Shown: piece by piece, positions 29,326-41,891 of the stretch
Layout of the letters: every line of letters starts with the position of its first letter
Numbering within the stretch: the first letter of the stretch is position 1
DNA from: Folioceros fuciformis
Taxonomy: Eukaryota
DNA: 45,006 nucleotides
Direction: 5' to 3'
Assembly (NCBI GenBank): GCA_049999805.1
Contig: JBNGIO010006316.1
Location: 381,034 to 426,039, forward strand
The notes under the pieces: generated by a model
Databases searched by the model: none
Seen by the model: the letters and a program-made list of their open reading frames with translations, nothing else
Told to the model about the DNA's origin: nothing
Translations under genes and position numbers: made by a program

Positions 29326-29752
29326 CACTGCTTCCATTGCCTTGTCTTCCCTTCTATCCGTTCCGTTACCTCCCGTTCCGTTATACTCCGTTCCGTTATG
29401 TTTGTTTGAGCCGTTCCCCATTCCTTGGTCCATCTGTCCCATCCATTGTGCGAGTAGGTGAAAGGGTGTTCCAGTCCCGTCCTGTGCGTCGTTGATTTAA
29501 TTAAGCCATGCAAGAAAACATGCACGAAAACATTGATGAAAAGGAGGTGACAAAAAAATAAAAATGCGTGTCCAATTTTGGGTGTTGATTTTTGGTCCCA
29601 GGCATTCGGTTCTGTTCGGTTCGGTTGGGCTGGGTTCGGACACACGTTTGTCTGTCGGAGTGCAGGTATGTAGTAGGTCTGTACATGGATATGTGGGTGA
29701 GGACTCGGAGACGAGCAGGAGGCCAGCAGCAAGCAGCAGGAGCAGAGAGGCC

Positions 29753-32700
29753 ATGTCTCGAAGAAAGCAGAAGAGGCCAGTGAGGGGCGGGGCGGAGGTG
29801 GATGCAGCTCTGCCTCCGGATNNNNNNNNNNNNNNNNNNNNNNNNNNNNNNNNNNNNNNNNNNNNNNNNNNNNNNNNNNNNNNNNNNNNNNNNNNNNNNN
29901 NNNNNNNNNNNNNNNNNNNNNNNNNNNNNNNNNNNNNNNNNNNNNNNNNNNNNNNNNNNNNNNNNNNNNNNNNNNNNNNNNNNNNNNNNNNNNNNNNNNN
30001 NNNNNNNNNNNNNNNNNNNNNNNNNNNNNNNNNNNNNNNNNNNNNNNNNNNNNNNNNNNNNNNNNNNNNNNNNNNNNNNNNNNNNNNNNNNNNNNNNNNN
30101 NNNNNNNNNNNNNNNNNNNNNNNNNNNNNNNNNNNNNNNNNNNNNNNNNNNNNNNNNNNNNNNNNNNNNNNNNNNNNNNNNNNNNNNNNNNNNNNNNNNN
30201 NNNNNNNNNNNNNNNNNNNNNGGGCGCAGAAGCGCGGCCGCGGGGTCAGGTTCGCGATCGCGGGCCAAGGAGTCGTCAAGATCGGCGGATACGAGGACAT
30301 GTCCACCTGCGGACTGCTGGCCCAGATTGTGCGAGACCCTGTCCCGGGCTGCGACCCGCAGGTGGTGCGCGCGGGCGCACTGGACGGGCCCGACTCTGCT
30401 CTCTCCGCGCTGCTGCACCTCGTCCGGACGCAATTCGTGCGCCTGGAGGCACCGCCGGAGGCTCCTGGGAGAGTCCGGGTTCTCGTCACGGGGAAAGCGC
30501 TGCGCGAATTGGGAGAGCGCGGCCGGGGGAGGGCCAATCACACGGCGCTCCAGGGCGTCGTGTCGTGGTTGCGCCCGGATTTGGCTCCGCCGGCCCGTCG
30601 GGATGGGAAGGAGGGCGGCGCCGGGGACTCGGGGAAGGACCGAACCTTCTTCGACCCTGCGGCGCTGTTTGATGCCATCAAGCCTTGTGGGTATGGTGCG
30701 CCATTTCGTGTGCCAGAGTGGTGCCTTGGCTTGTTCGCCTTGGGTGTGGGAGGATGGAATGGAATGCGGATGAAAGCGTAAAGTTTTTCTATGGGCTGGC
30801 AGGAATGAGGAGGGCCTTCCTGTGCAGCCACCGGAGCTGCTTGCGGAATTGAGGCCTTATCAACGGAGGGCAGCCCACTGGATGGTGCAGCGGGAGCTGG
30901 GCCCGGGGTTGGGGGCATCGGACGCAGGGTCCCGGGCCGCTGCTCGGGACAGCGTCTCGGAGCAGGGGAGGGTGCCTGCGTTTCCGCTCTGGTTCGCAGG
31001 GACTGCTGTACACGGCTCCGAGCGCTTCTACTACAATCCGTACAGGCAAGTGGTTTTTGCCAGCTTTCGTTGCGAGATGAGTTTGGGGGTGGCGTTGGAC
31101 GTGGAGTCATGTGACGTCCTTGTGTGCAGTGGCTGTATATCGAGAGAACCGCACAATCGGTGCACGTACGTGCATGGTGGGATTCTTGCAGGTAGGGTGT
31201 GAGGTTCCACGGCCAGCTGCTCTTGGTGCCAAGCTTGTTGCTGTGCGTCCTGAGGTTTGCTTGTGCTTCAGATGAAATGGGGCTGGGCAAAACGGTTGAG
31301 GTGCTGGCCTGCATTCTGGCCAATAAGAACGCCGACAGGAAAGTTGAAGCAGCGAAGGTCTCAGAGAGGAAGTTGAGAGCTGCCTTGAAGAAGAGAAAAG
31401 TTGAGCGGATCGAGTGTGCGTGTGGTGCATCTGATGACAGCAGCAATCGGGACGGCTGTTGGGTGCAGTGCGACTTATGTGATGCCTGGCAGCACTCGTC
31501 CTGCGTCGGTTTCTTTCCTACTGGACCCGCTGTGGACCAGGCCTCGCCAACTGTTAAATCGCGGACTCCTGAGAAATCGGTGAAAGTGGACAGGAGGTCT
31601 CCACGGCAAGTCCAGGGGGATATTCTTCAAAGATCACCTCCAGCCGGAACGCGAAAGTCCGGAAGGAAAAAAGCTGTACCTTATAAGGACACACCAGTTC
31701 AACTCACAGGTGGCGATTTTGTGTGCGGAGTCTGTTCGGAGATGATTGGGAGCTCCGTTGTGGATGGGGAGTGTGGTGCCACCCTCATCGTGTGTCCTAC
31801 ACCCATACTCCAACAGTGGCAAGACGAAATTCTTCGGTGTGATCTCAAGTGATTTGCTCGTGTATGGAGATGTGTATTCACGAAAGGGAGAAACGTGTAA
31901 CGCTGACGTTCTTGCTTTTGCTCCTGTGCTTTTATTGCTTAGGCATACAAAGGAGGGGGCTGTTAGGGTACTTGTGTATGAAGGAGTGCAGAGGGGTGGG
32001 TTTCTTTTGAATCGCAAAGAGAGCTTTCCAGGTGAACCTACTGAGGCTATAAGGATTGTTGCAGCCTACCACCTTGCTGCATCAGATATTGTACTCACCA
32101 CGTATGACACCTTAAGGTCTGACCTCAGTCATGATCTCAATCAACCTGACCGTGACAAGGCTCGCCTGCGCCTTCAGAAGCGGTGGGTAGGTGCAACTGA
32201 GTGCCAAACTTGCCTTTTTCTCTCTTTTTTTTGCCACCAGTTGACCTTGCCTTATGGCCTTCATCATGCATGGCGATACATGTTATGACAGTGTGAGAGT
32301 GTACTGTCATCAGGTACCGTGTCATTCCCACACCATTGACACGGTTAAAATGGCGAAGGATTTGCCTAGATGAAGCTCAAATGGTCGAAAGTGATACAGC
32401 TCGAGCTGCTGAGATGGCTTCACGTTTAGATGCTGAATATCGGTGGTGTGTCAGTGGCACACCACTGCAGAGGGGCCTTGATGATTTGTATGGCCTTCTA
32501 AAGTTTCTCAGAGCTGAACCTTTGGATGATCACTTTTGGTGGACTCATGCAATCAAGCGTCCCTTCGAGGTCTGTTTATTATGAAGTGTCTAAGTGGCTA
32601 TTCTTGTATGTCTAACATCAATCCAGTTTGGCCTCCACTTGTCTATTTCTTGATGTGCCTGCTGCATACGCCCTGCCCCTGCAGGAAGGGTGCTCTGAAG

Positions 32701-35700
32701 CTGCTGCATTTATGTATGACTTCATGCGTGGCCTTATGTGGCGTTCTTCCAAGGAACAAGTGATGGATGAGATAGGCGTGCCGCCTCAAGAGCATCAGCT
32801 CACTTGGTTGAAATTGTCACCAATTGAGTCATACTTCTACAAACAACAGCATGAAAAATGTGCTCTGAAAGCAAGGGAGGTGCTAGTCAAGCATCAGAAA
32901 ATGAGGGGTATCGAGGATGCAACAAGAATCGTGCCAGAGGAACCGGCTGGTTCTAACCTGCCAGGACAGGGAGATCAAGGCAACCTAGATGCCACCTCGA
33001 CGGTGCATGATGGCAGATCTGGGTTGTCCTCAACAGCAAAGCAGGAGCCCTTCATGGAACGGCTTGTGAACCAGTCACAGGTTGCAAAGCTCCTGAAGAA
33101 ATTATTGCGTCTCCGGCAAGCTTGTTGCCACCCTCAAGTCGGGAAATTGGGGATCAGGCCGATTCATCAAACACCCATGACAATGGATGAGATCCTGCAG
33201 GTGTGGCTTCCCTTGTCAATGTCTGTTGCTAAGAATACCAATGCCGCTTTCTAGCGTACTTTTGCTGGCTGGGGAGGCTTGCGTAGATTTTTGGCGTCGT
33301 GGATTTTAACGTTCCCTTTGTCAGGTGCTAATTGACAAGGTAAAGGTGGAAGGGGAGGAATCTCAACGCAATTTACTCGCTGCATTGAACGGTCTAGCTG
33401 CTCTGGCATTGATGGAGGGAAACCGTCTGCGTGCTGTCAGCATCTATCGAGAAGCCCTATCTGAAGGGGAACATGCTGAGAGCTTCCGAGTCGATCCTCT
33501 GCAAAAACTCCATACGTTATACAACTTAGCTGACGTGCTTAGGGAGTCTGAAGTGATTGCACAGAAGGGGCCCGGCGTAATAGGCAGTCCCATACTACGT
33601 GATGTGGTCTCTGGCTGCAATGGCTTGAGTTCCCTTCCAGTTGTACCTAGGACATTGCGCGATAGTAAGCTAGATGCTGAGATTGAGGAAATAAAAGCGA
33701 AGTACATGTCTCCTTTTAATCTGAAGCTGGTCACGGCACGACAGGAATTGGAGATCTCCCAGAAGGAGGTAACGTGCAAACATTCTCCCTCTTTGAAAGA
33801 TAATTTCTTCTCTGGAAGGGACCTGAAATTTTGTGAAATATTTTGGGTTGGCAGGTACAAGAAGCACAGCAAGTATGTGAGACTTCTGGCGCATACACTT
33901 GGTGGCTGGAAGTGATGTTGGATCCACGAAAGAGTACCGAGCTGATCTCAAAGATTCGTGACCATCTTCTGTCTGATTTGGGCCATCACCGCTACAGGAA
34001 TGCGTCAAGCCTAGCGCTAAGGTAAAGGCGTATCTCCTTTGTCTTGGTAGGTGTGGAGGGCTTCACGCAGTTTAGTTGCAAGGTGAACCTTGTGATAACC
34101 TAGGAATCTGAGCTAGCTGACTTGGGAGCTGCCTTCCCACATCTTCTCCCGTGTTGTGAAGGTTTGAAGACCTTTCCGGATTGAAATATGTGCTCCAAGT
34201 GGAGCTGGATGCTGTCCATAATGGTCGATCGGAAACGCTGAAGAAACTTCTTGAACTAGACAAGCGTGTGGACAATCCTTCTGCCTTTGATGTTAAAAGA
34301 GCAGGAAGTTGTTCTCGTTGTCAAGTCAACAGCAGTGACACATTATGCATCCACTGTGAAATGCTGCAGGAATTCTTCCAGGTGAAGCTAGCTTCCATCT
34401 CAGTTGTAAGGTTTTTCTTTCAACATGTCTGCCTTGCTGAAAGACACTTTTGGTTGCGTTGTCAGGCATACGAGGCACACTTATTTCAAATAAATACACA
34501 AGCTTCAGATGCAGGAGTTGTTCTAGCTGAAGCTGCAGTTGTTGCACAAAACCGCGCTCTTGCAGATAAGCGGTGGGATCCTGCCAATCTGTCTGGTGAG
34601 ACAGCAGAGTTTGGCAGGACAAAGAGAGCAGAGGCTGCACGAGTTGTGGTAACGTGCACGTGAATTGTCCAATGTGCATGTGTGTTAGAAAGCCATATAT
34701 CAGTAATGGTTCCAGCATGGTTAAGCATTTGTCTGAACCATGGATTTTTACGTTCGTGTACCCACGACGGCTTCTGGATATTTGTACAGGTGTCACGGTC
34801 GCCATCAGAATCCGAGCAGATTTTGCAAATGATGAAGTCGTATGCAAAGGATTGTGGTTCTGGAAATGGACCAGCCCTGGCTGAAAAGCATCTCAACCTT
34901 CTAAAGGTAGTAGCCTTACGGTTTTGAGATGTGCTTTGCCATACTCAGGAAGGTGTTGTGAGGCTGTGTGAGATGAAACGGCCCACAAGGGGCTGTGTGA
35001 GATGAAACAGATGTGACGCTGGGAAGATGTTTTTCAGGCCATGCGCAGGGAGTACGGAAAAGCAACTGCCTTGGCTGACTGTCAGCGTCAGGTGCTTGTT
35101 GCCCTGGATGAGCTCAACATGGCAACAACACGGTACACACAAAGGGTCCCTGGTGATGAAGCGTCAGCTGATAAGTTACACCCAGAAGAAGTGCCTGCAA
35201 AAAATGCTCAGTTGACAGGTGATAAATTCAGCGCCTTGCATGGATTATCACGTGCACGCGGCCAGCACCGGTATCTGAAGGTATTACATACATTGTGTAA
35301 GATACATTGGATGAGTGGAGCGTTGAGAGCGGTCTGTCTTCAGATTTCTTTTTGCTTCTGTGATAATAGTTGCTGATGTGACGTGAGCTTGGATGTTGCC
35401 TTCTTACAGGGCTTAGCCTTGGCAAGGAGCCAAACTACAGTGGCCGCCACGGGAGGCGAGCAAGTGGTCGGGAATAAGGTCGTCGAGGAGAATCCTTGTC
35501 CAGTGTGCCAAGAAAAACTGGGTGACCAGATTATGGTTTTTTCCTGTGGACACTTGCTGTGTTGCAAGTGTAAGCTCATCTCTCAGCTTGCTTTCCGTGT
35601 GTGGTCTTGCTTGGTGAGGTTCTATATCCTTACAGGTCTGTGAACTGCTGCAGGTGTCATACTGTTGGCTGAGCGTGTCCCCCATCCAGCTGGTGGGTCA

Positions 35701-36736
35701 CGACTGAAGCGCATACTTTGCCCTTCATGTCGTGCTCCAACTCTTTACGGCGACATTGCTCTCGTCGACAGCCGAGAGAATGGCTTGGAAATACACGGTG
35801 ACGGCCTCCAGGGAGGAGAGCCCCATGGGGACTGGTCTGTTGAGGTGAAAGGGTCGTTTGGAACCAAGGTAGGATCTCACCACCCAAGCACTGGTGGCTT
35901 CTACTGGCTACCGATGCACGGCTTCATGTACTAAGAACGTGGCATTTCAGATGGAAGCCGTAGTTAGGAGGATTTTATGGCTCAAGCTCATGGACCCGAA
36001 GTGCAAGGTACTCGTATTTTCAACCTGGCACGAGGTGCTGGATTTACTAGAGCACGTCCTTGTTGCCAACGACGTCACTTTTGCGCGAGTGAAACCCGGA
36101 CGCAGGTCCTTCTCTGAACTCGTTGTGCTCGGACTCTTTGGTGCCGGAGAAGTAACGTTACTTAGTTGTGGTTGAACCGGCGGTGTGAAGATTGGATGCA
36201 GCGATCAAGAAATTCAAGGGTCATGAGCCAGTGCAAGTTCTATTGTTGCCCATACATCTGGGCGCGAACGGTCTCAACTTGATAGAAGCCCAACATGTGA
36301 TCTTACTGGAGCCACTCCTGAACCCTGGAGTGGAGGCTCAGGCCATCAATCGGGTGCACCGCATCGGGCAACACCAGAAAACCTACGTTCACCGGTTTAT
36401 TGTAAGTTGGAGCAATGGCCCCGTATCGCGAGCGTTGCTGCACTCTGGCAGGATGCTCATGCCTCTGCTGTGAATTGATAACAGGTACGAAATACGGTGG
36501 AGGAAAGTATATACTCGCTGGGAAGAAGCAAGGAGGAGATGGGGCCCAATGTGAGAGTAACTAGGGGACAGAAAGCAGCTCTCACCGTTGGAGATGTTCA
36601 GGCTCTCTTCTCTCAAGACGTACATAAAACATGTGAGATTCCTGTCGGAGGAGGTGAGGAGATGAGAGCACTCGCAGCTTTCGCAGCTGAAGCTAGAAGA
36701 GAACAAATGTTACTGGATACCGGGCAAGGTCTGTAG
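29753..36736 (+). CDS. SHPRH: SHPRH-like SNF2 helicase / PHD / RING E3 ligase (Rad5/16 family), multi-exon
   Basis: ATG 29753 MSRRKQKRP. LRPYQRRAAHWM, GGILADEMGLGKT, PHD CACG..WVQCDLCDAWQH..CVG, ICLDEAQMVES, RWCVSGTPLQ, LRLRQACCHPQV, RING CPVCQ..CGHLLC..C..CPSCR, and helicase C motifs GANGLNL..EAQAINRVHRIGQ. Stop ends at 36736. Confidence 0.96.
29822..30221. other. Assembly gap (400 N) inside the first SHPRH coding region
   Basis: Run of N; reading frame across it cannot be verified. Confidence 1.
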
Positions 36737-37293
36737 TATTATTAAGCCAATGTTTCCTTGCCGATTGTCGACGTGAAGATTGGTAAGGTGCAGCCGCCTT
36801 GTCGTGGATCCCGGAGGTCACACCACTGATCTGGCTACACACAATGGAGGGTGGCTTGAGTCACGGACAGACGGGACAGAAACGGCGGAAACCGCATATC
36901 TGGCGTTGCCATTGGTGCGGAAGTGAGGGTGACGATGACATGGTCGTGACAAAGTGGGGCAACTCGGCGTACTGTGGTGCGATTTCCGGAGGGCTACTTT
37001 GCGTGCTTGGGTTGAAGAGGCCTTCTCTCTCTTCCTGAAGAGGTGCGCATGACTGTAACAAGTCTCATGCACATTGATGGAGGACGAACACGTCTAGCAG
37101 CCCAAGCTACACGAGAGCAAATAAAACTATACGTCAACGTCACAATTGTCGTTGCCAAGGAAAATTCTCCTGCCATTAAAAGACACAAGGACAAGTTTTC
37201 CCGGTCGAATCGTTCAGATCACCAACCAAAAATGTCAGTCACGGTCTCAAAACGTAGCCGTCACTCGGTACGTGCCTGACGGTTGCCATGAGC

Positions 37294-39605
37294 TCATTTA
37301 AGACGCTTTCCACGGAGACAATCGTCGATGTGTGCATTCAACTTGGCATTGGAAACGTTTGCAGAGAAACGGATTTGGCAGATAGGACAGCACGCACGCT
37401 CTGCAGATCACGAACACAGCTCATGAAAACTAGACCATGGGCTACATTCAGGCAAAGCAGCAACGGATAACACGGCACGCACCTTCAGATTTCTGCCCCC
37501 TCCCGGACGCTCTTGATGGGAGATCGGAGTGGGCAGGAGACGAGGACACCTCGTCGTCATTCCTCCCTGGAACGGGACAGTGCTCAACTCGGGGAGACAT
37601 GGAATCGGCAGCTCCGGTTGAACTCCCATCGGCCCGCTCTTCCAAAGCTTGATCCTGAGCAACGTCTTCATCATCCAACAAAATGATTTCCGGGTTTGTC
37701 GGTTTTAATTCGGCGCGGGGGATTGGGCTGTCACGAACGGAGGGAGACGAGTCCGAATCTGTGACCAAGATCCCCTCTTCACCCTTGTCTGGCCAATGGA
37801 TTGTCTCGACAGCGGCCACAAGACGAGCAAGAGATTCGTTGCCTACATCCAGTTCTTCGGGCACAAGACGAGCAGGAGGTTCGCGTGGCTCCAATCCTTC
37901 GGCCACCACAAGAAGAGCCCGAGATTTGCATGGCTCCAGCCCTTGCTTCCGCCTCTCTCTCCTTTTATCTATCAGCGGAACAATTTCCTCATCCTCATCT
38001 CCCTCGTACTCACACCAGTGCGACCCAATCTTCACGGTAGGCTCTCCCCGACCCTCCACCTCAGCTCTGCTCCGCTTCCTGTTCTTGCCTTTCTCAACAG
38101 CGGTGTTGCCGTCCTCCCCACAAGCCCGCTTGGACTTCTCCGAGGGAGACCACCCGTCACCGTGCGAGTCCACCTCAGCTCCGTTGGTACCGCTCCGGTG
38201 CACCGTAAAGAAGCTCTCGATTGGGGCGTGCGCTCCCTCCTTTAGCTCCGCCGCAGACCCCGGTGCCTTCCGCTTGCTGCTCTTAGAGGCCATCCCTTTC
38301 CCGCTACCACTGGCAGGCAACTCCTTGCCCTTCCCACCACCCGCGTCCTTGTCCTTACCCTTCCCCTTCTCCCCGTCTGCGCGCACACAAAAATGACGAC
38401 TCGTGAGGAACGCACCCCCACGGCCCCTCTCAGGCAGGCACAACAGCAGCATCCATCTCCAATCCCTAAATATAGCGCATAGATCAGTACATCCCTCGGG
38501 CTGCGCCGTCTTGACGTAGCTGCCACCGCACAGCCTTAGGTGCCTGCCACAACGCCACACCCTCGGTCTGCAATGGCACACACCCCGCAAGCGAGAAAAC
38601 AGGCAGAGCTACAAGGATCACGGGAACACGGAAACACTCACGAATGATACTGGCATCGCGGATTGCAATTCTCCCTGAGCTTGGGAGGCTTGGAGCAGCA
38701 GTCGTTAATAGAAGGTGCACGATTCTGCGCCCGGCGTATAACGTTCCCGCACCGCTCGCACTGCACCCAGGACTGACGACTTAACACTCCACATGACCAA
38801 GGCAGGAAACTGCATAACCTAGAAAACGCAGCATGGCAGCCCTCGCACCGTCCAGTGATGCGTGCGGTAGAGGTCCACCTCCGCCCCGAACTCGTGGTAG
38901 ATGCTCACAGCGTACCCCTTCTCCGGCCTCTGCACCAAACACCCCGCTTTCTTTCACCACGGCCATCACTGAACCCACGCCGCACCATATCGTGCCAAAC
39001 ACCAAAGCCACCCCAGCCGCTTCCTACCAGGTGATCCTCGGCCTGCCCATCGTTGATCTCGCGCATCTTAGCCTGAAACCGAGGACCGTGGTCACTGCCA
39101 CCAGGTGAAGACTGAAGTCAGCATAAATTACGTTGACAGGACTCTCTCCGACACGAAGCGTACAGCAACCGAACGCGGAGGGGGGAGGAGCAAGCTGAAG
39201 CCTGAGCCCCGGCCCTACTCGTGATCCCTGTTGTCGTGCGTCAGGAAGAGGAAGGCGTGGATCATCTCATGCAGAAGCGTCTCCTTGAGATCCGTGGTGG
39301 TGCGGTACTTGAGAAGCGGCTCAGAAAGGCGGATGGAGCACTCTCCAGCGGGCCCGTAGCGGCACACTCCCGCGCACCTGCCACTGCAATTGTCAGGTCG
39401 GCCCGCAGCGGCTTCACGCTCCGCCACGGACATGCACCCCGAACAGGAGCAGATTGCACGCCACGGACAATGTCATGCGAGTGGAGCTCCAATCCACAGT
39501 GCACCCGCCAAGGGCACCGTTGAAGTAGAGCTGGTCGTAGTAGCAGAAGAGCGCGCGGATGTCGGGGTGGGGATCCAGCAGGTCCGCTTGCTCCACGGCC
39601 GCCAT
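37294..39605 (-). CDS. SPRTN: SprT-domain DNA-dependent metalloprotease (Spartan/SPRTN-like) with C-terminal UBZ finger, about 8 exons
   Basis: ATG 39605 (alternative in-frame ATG 39662). DPHPDIRALF..YF..L..V.WS.RMTLCAGVC, IRLSEPLLKYR..LKETLLHEMIHA (HExxH), DHGPRF, YH.F..EVD.YRTHHWTCERCG, HLRLCGGSYVK, and last exon CPICQ...LNAHIDDCL. Stop at 37294-37296. Confidence 0.9.
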
Positions 39606-40319
39606 AGCCGCTGCCAGAGCCGCCGCCGCCAGAGCCGCAGCACTCAGGCTTACTTCTCTCATTGCCGCCTACCCGGGCCGGATACTCTTAACAACCCCAA
39701 CCCGGCGGGCCGGATCCGGACAGCCGTTGAGTTCGTGCTCCACGTCGGCCCCCGATTGCGGCGTCGTCGTATGAATGTCCATTGATCCCGGATATCAACG
39801 GTCACAACACCGGGTGACCCTGTCTCTCCCACAAAGCGACAAACCTTCAAGCTACGCATGCCGAGGACGACCGGCTCCTCCCCACATCATTTGTACAGAC
39901 GGAGTTCGTCTACGACTTGATGTGCACACTGTACTTTGATTATAATATTGCATGGTGCAATGGTAACGTGAGAGTGACGACTAGGTACTCGAGATCCCCA
40001 AACAAATGTCTAACGTTTTGCGACCCAATTAGTATCCAATGATTCAATGATAAAGATGAAGATATATTAGTAACTGCAACACAAAGAGTCTTGAAGAAGA
40101 ATCCTTCCATGAAAAATTGATTTATATAATTGAGAAAATAAAATGGAAAAATCCATTACTATAAAGAGGAAAATAAATCATAATAAAGAATATTTGGGGC
40201 TAACACGTGAAGCCTAATGACTATCAATAACACCTAAAACATCATGGTCGAGGAGGTGGAAGGGTCTCTCTAACAATGGGGTTGCTGATGCCACCTCGCT
40301 TGCCAACATTATTGTCCTC

Positions 40320-41370
40320 TATATGGTATTAAACAATGCACGCTGTAGAGCAATAAAAACCCTCTGCCGATAAAACGTTACAATATATGAAAGAGGAAGA
40401 CTAAGCTCCTTTTTCACCTTCTTAACCGTCTTGGTGCAAGACTTCAAAAACTTTGAAAATACATTGCATATGGCTCCGTAGGTCTCAATGGCAAGGGGGA
40501 TAAAGGTGTCTCCAGCCTATAGAGGGGTGTACTTGTGAACCTTGGCCGATGCACTCCCCTCTTTCGCCCAACCCGAAGACTTGAGGATAACATGCTCGCA
40601 CACTGTAGCCCGTGTGGAGTCAGTTACAACCATATCAGTAATAAAACCTTGTTGACCTCCTTAGATAAGGAAAAGGTCAGCCCGAAGAGAAACGCCATTA
40701 AGTAGAGTGTATGGGCGCTCCCTGAAGAGTAGAAAGCTAGCCTCCTTCGCCAACGAAAACATGACATCTCGCACGGCATTGTGCGTAGCAATCCATTGAC
40801 CCCCACCCCAATAACAGGCAAGATGAGTACCAGAGTTGTCTAGAGGCGCCCCGCCATTACAAGAGGAAAGAGAGCAGACCAAAGGTTGGACCAAACCAAG
40901 GCGAAACCTCCTCATAGTAGAGAAAGTGGTTGATGCGATTCAGAAGGCCTCGATGCTAGGTTGAGCTAAGAGCCTGCGCCCTTTCCGGAACATGAACAAA
41001 GTCGTGCACAAACGGGCCTAGGGATAGAAGAATCCCGAAGAATGTTAAGCTGCATATGCTCGTATTTTTTCTCAAGAAGAGAAGCTTGGAGCACCCAAAT
41101 TCCCACCGCAAGAAGAGATAAAAATTGAGGCATAATACTCCTAGCCGTAGAAGAAAGAGCTTCCCTAGCCAATCTTAGGGACACCCACAAAGGGAGGGCA
41201 CCCTCCTCGATCCAAGAACGAAAGATTTCAAACTGTAGGCATCACGAATAAGAAAACAAGAGGCCAAAATAGGAGCCAAAAGGGCCCAACTCTTGAGAAA
41301 TGCTATTGGTGTCAAAACCTTTGATGCCAGCAAACCAATGCCACCAAACAAGATAGGAAGAGACACTTGT
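40320..41370 (-). mobile_element. Degenerate non-LTR retrotransposon C-terminus with zinc knuckle and restriction-like endonuclease (CRE-like clade)
   Basis: SLPILFGGIGL, GKGAGS, RFRLGL, C..C..LD..GTHLAC..GG..IATHNAVRD, RADL, DMVVTD, KVHKY, FIPLAIETYG and RQRVFIALQRA appear in the canonical RLE-element order, with in-frame stops. Confidence 0.75.
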
Positions 41371-41487
41371 CACCTTGCAAGGGTACCGTCCCGAGAAGCT
41401 ATCCTGGATGACATGCAAAACATGAGGAAAGAATTCTGAAAGCCACATGTGGATCCCCTAAATTAGCAAGGTCGCCCGCATGGGCTA

Positions 41488-41891
41488 TGCTACAACCGTA
41501 TGAGCTAAGCTTAGTGGAGATAGGACCTTTTTCATCGCTACGTGATCGGATATTTATACATGAGATGGGGACATGCCAAGAAGTTGGTGTCCTTGCCCAA
41601 CAACCAGGGTTGTTGGACCGTTAACTATTCGTTAAAGTTAGTTTTCCCTAAGTAGGATATTTATCCCTTCTCTAGTGGTTGGTTAATCTAGGGTTACTTA
41701 TCAATTCATCTTAACGGCTATACAAGTTAGGGTTCGTCTAAAAGTCGTCTTCAATCTGGGTATTTGTTTCATTGCGAAATCTCGTTAGGTACCTTCTGGG
41801 TCGGTTCCTGCTGTCTCGTCCGGCTATGGCTGGAGGCGGCTTCGTTCCCAATAGCTCCACACGCGAACTAGCCATCGTTGCGCGTGTATCA
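41488..41891 (-). mobile_element. Putative 3' LTR (about 404 bp) of the chromoviral gypsy element
   Basis: On the - strand, PPT AAGTGGGGGAGAA (41904-41892) is followed immediately by TGATACA. Candidate end TGTAGCA at 41494-41488 gives a 6/7 terminal inverted match. TATAAATA lies inside. Confidence 0.65.

Noticed and set aside
29497..30781. ORFs of 320-405 aa spanning the N run
   Set aside because: Their length is an artefact of the 400-N gap; only the SHPRH frames are supported.
31410..31740. SHPRH PHD finger split by a long insertion before its last CxxC
   Set aside because: Appears to be normal low-complexity variation within plant SHPRH; no evidence of a separate element.
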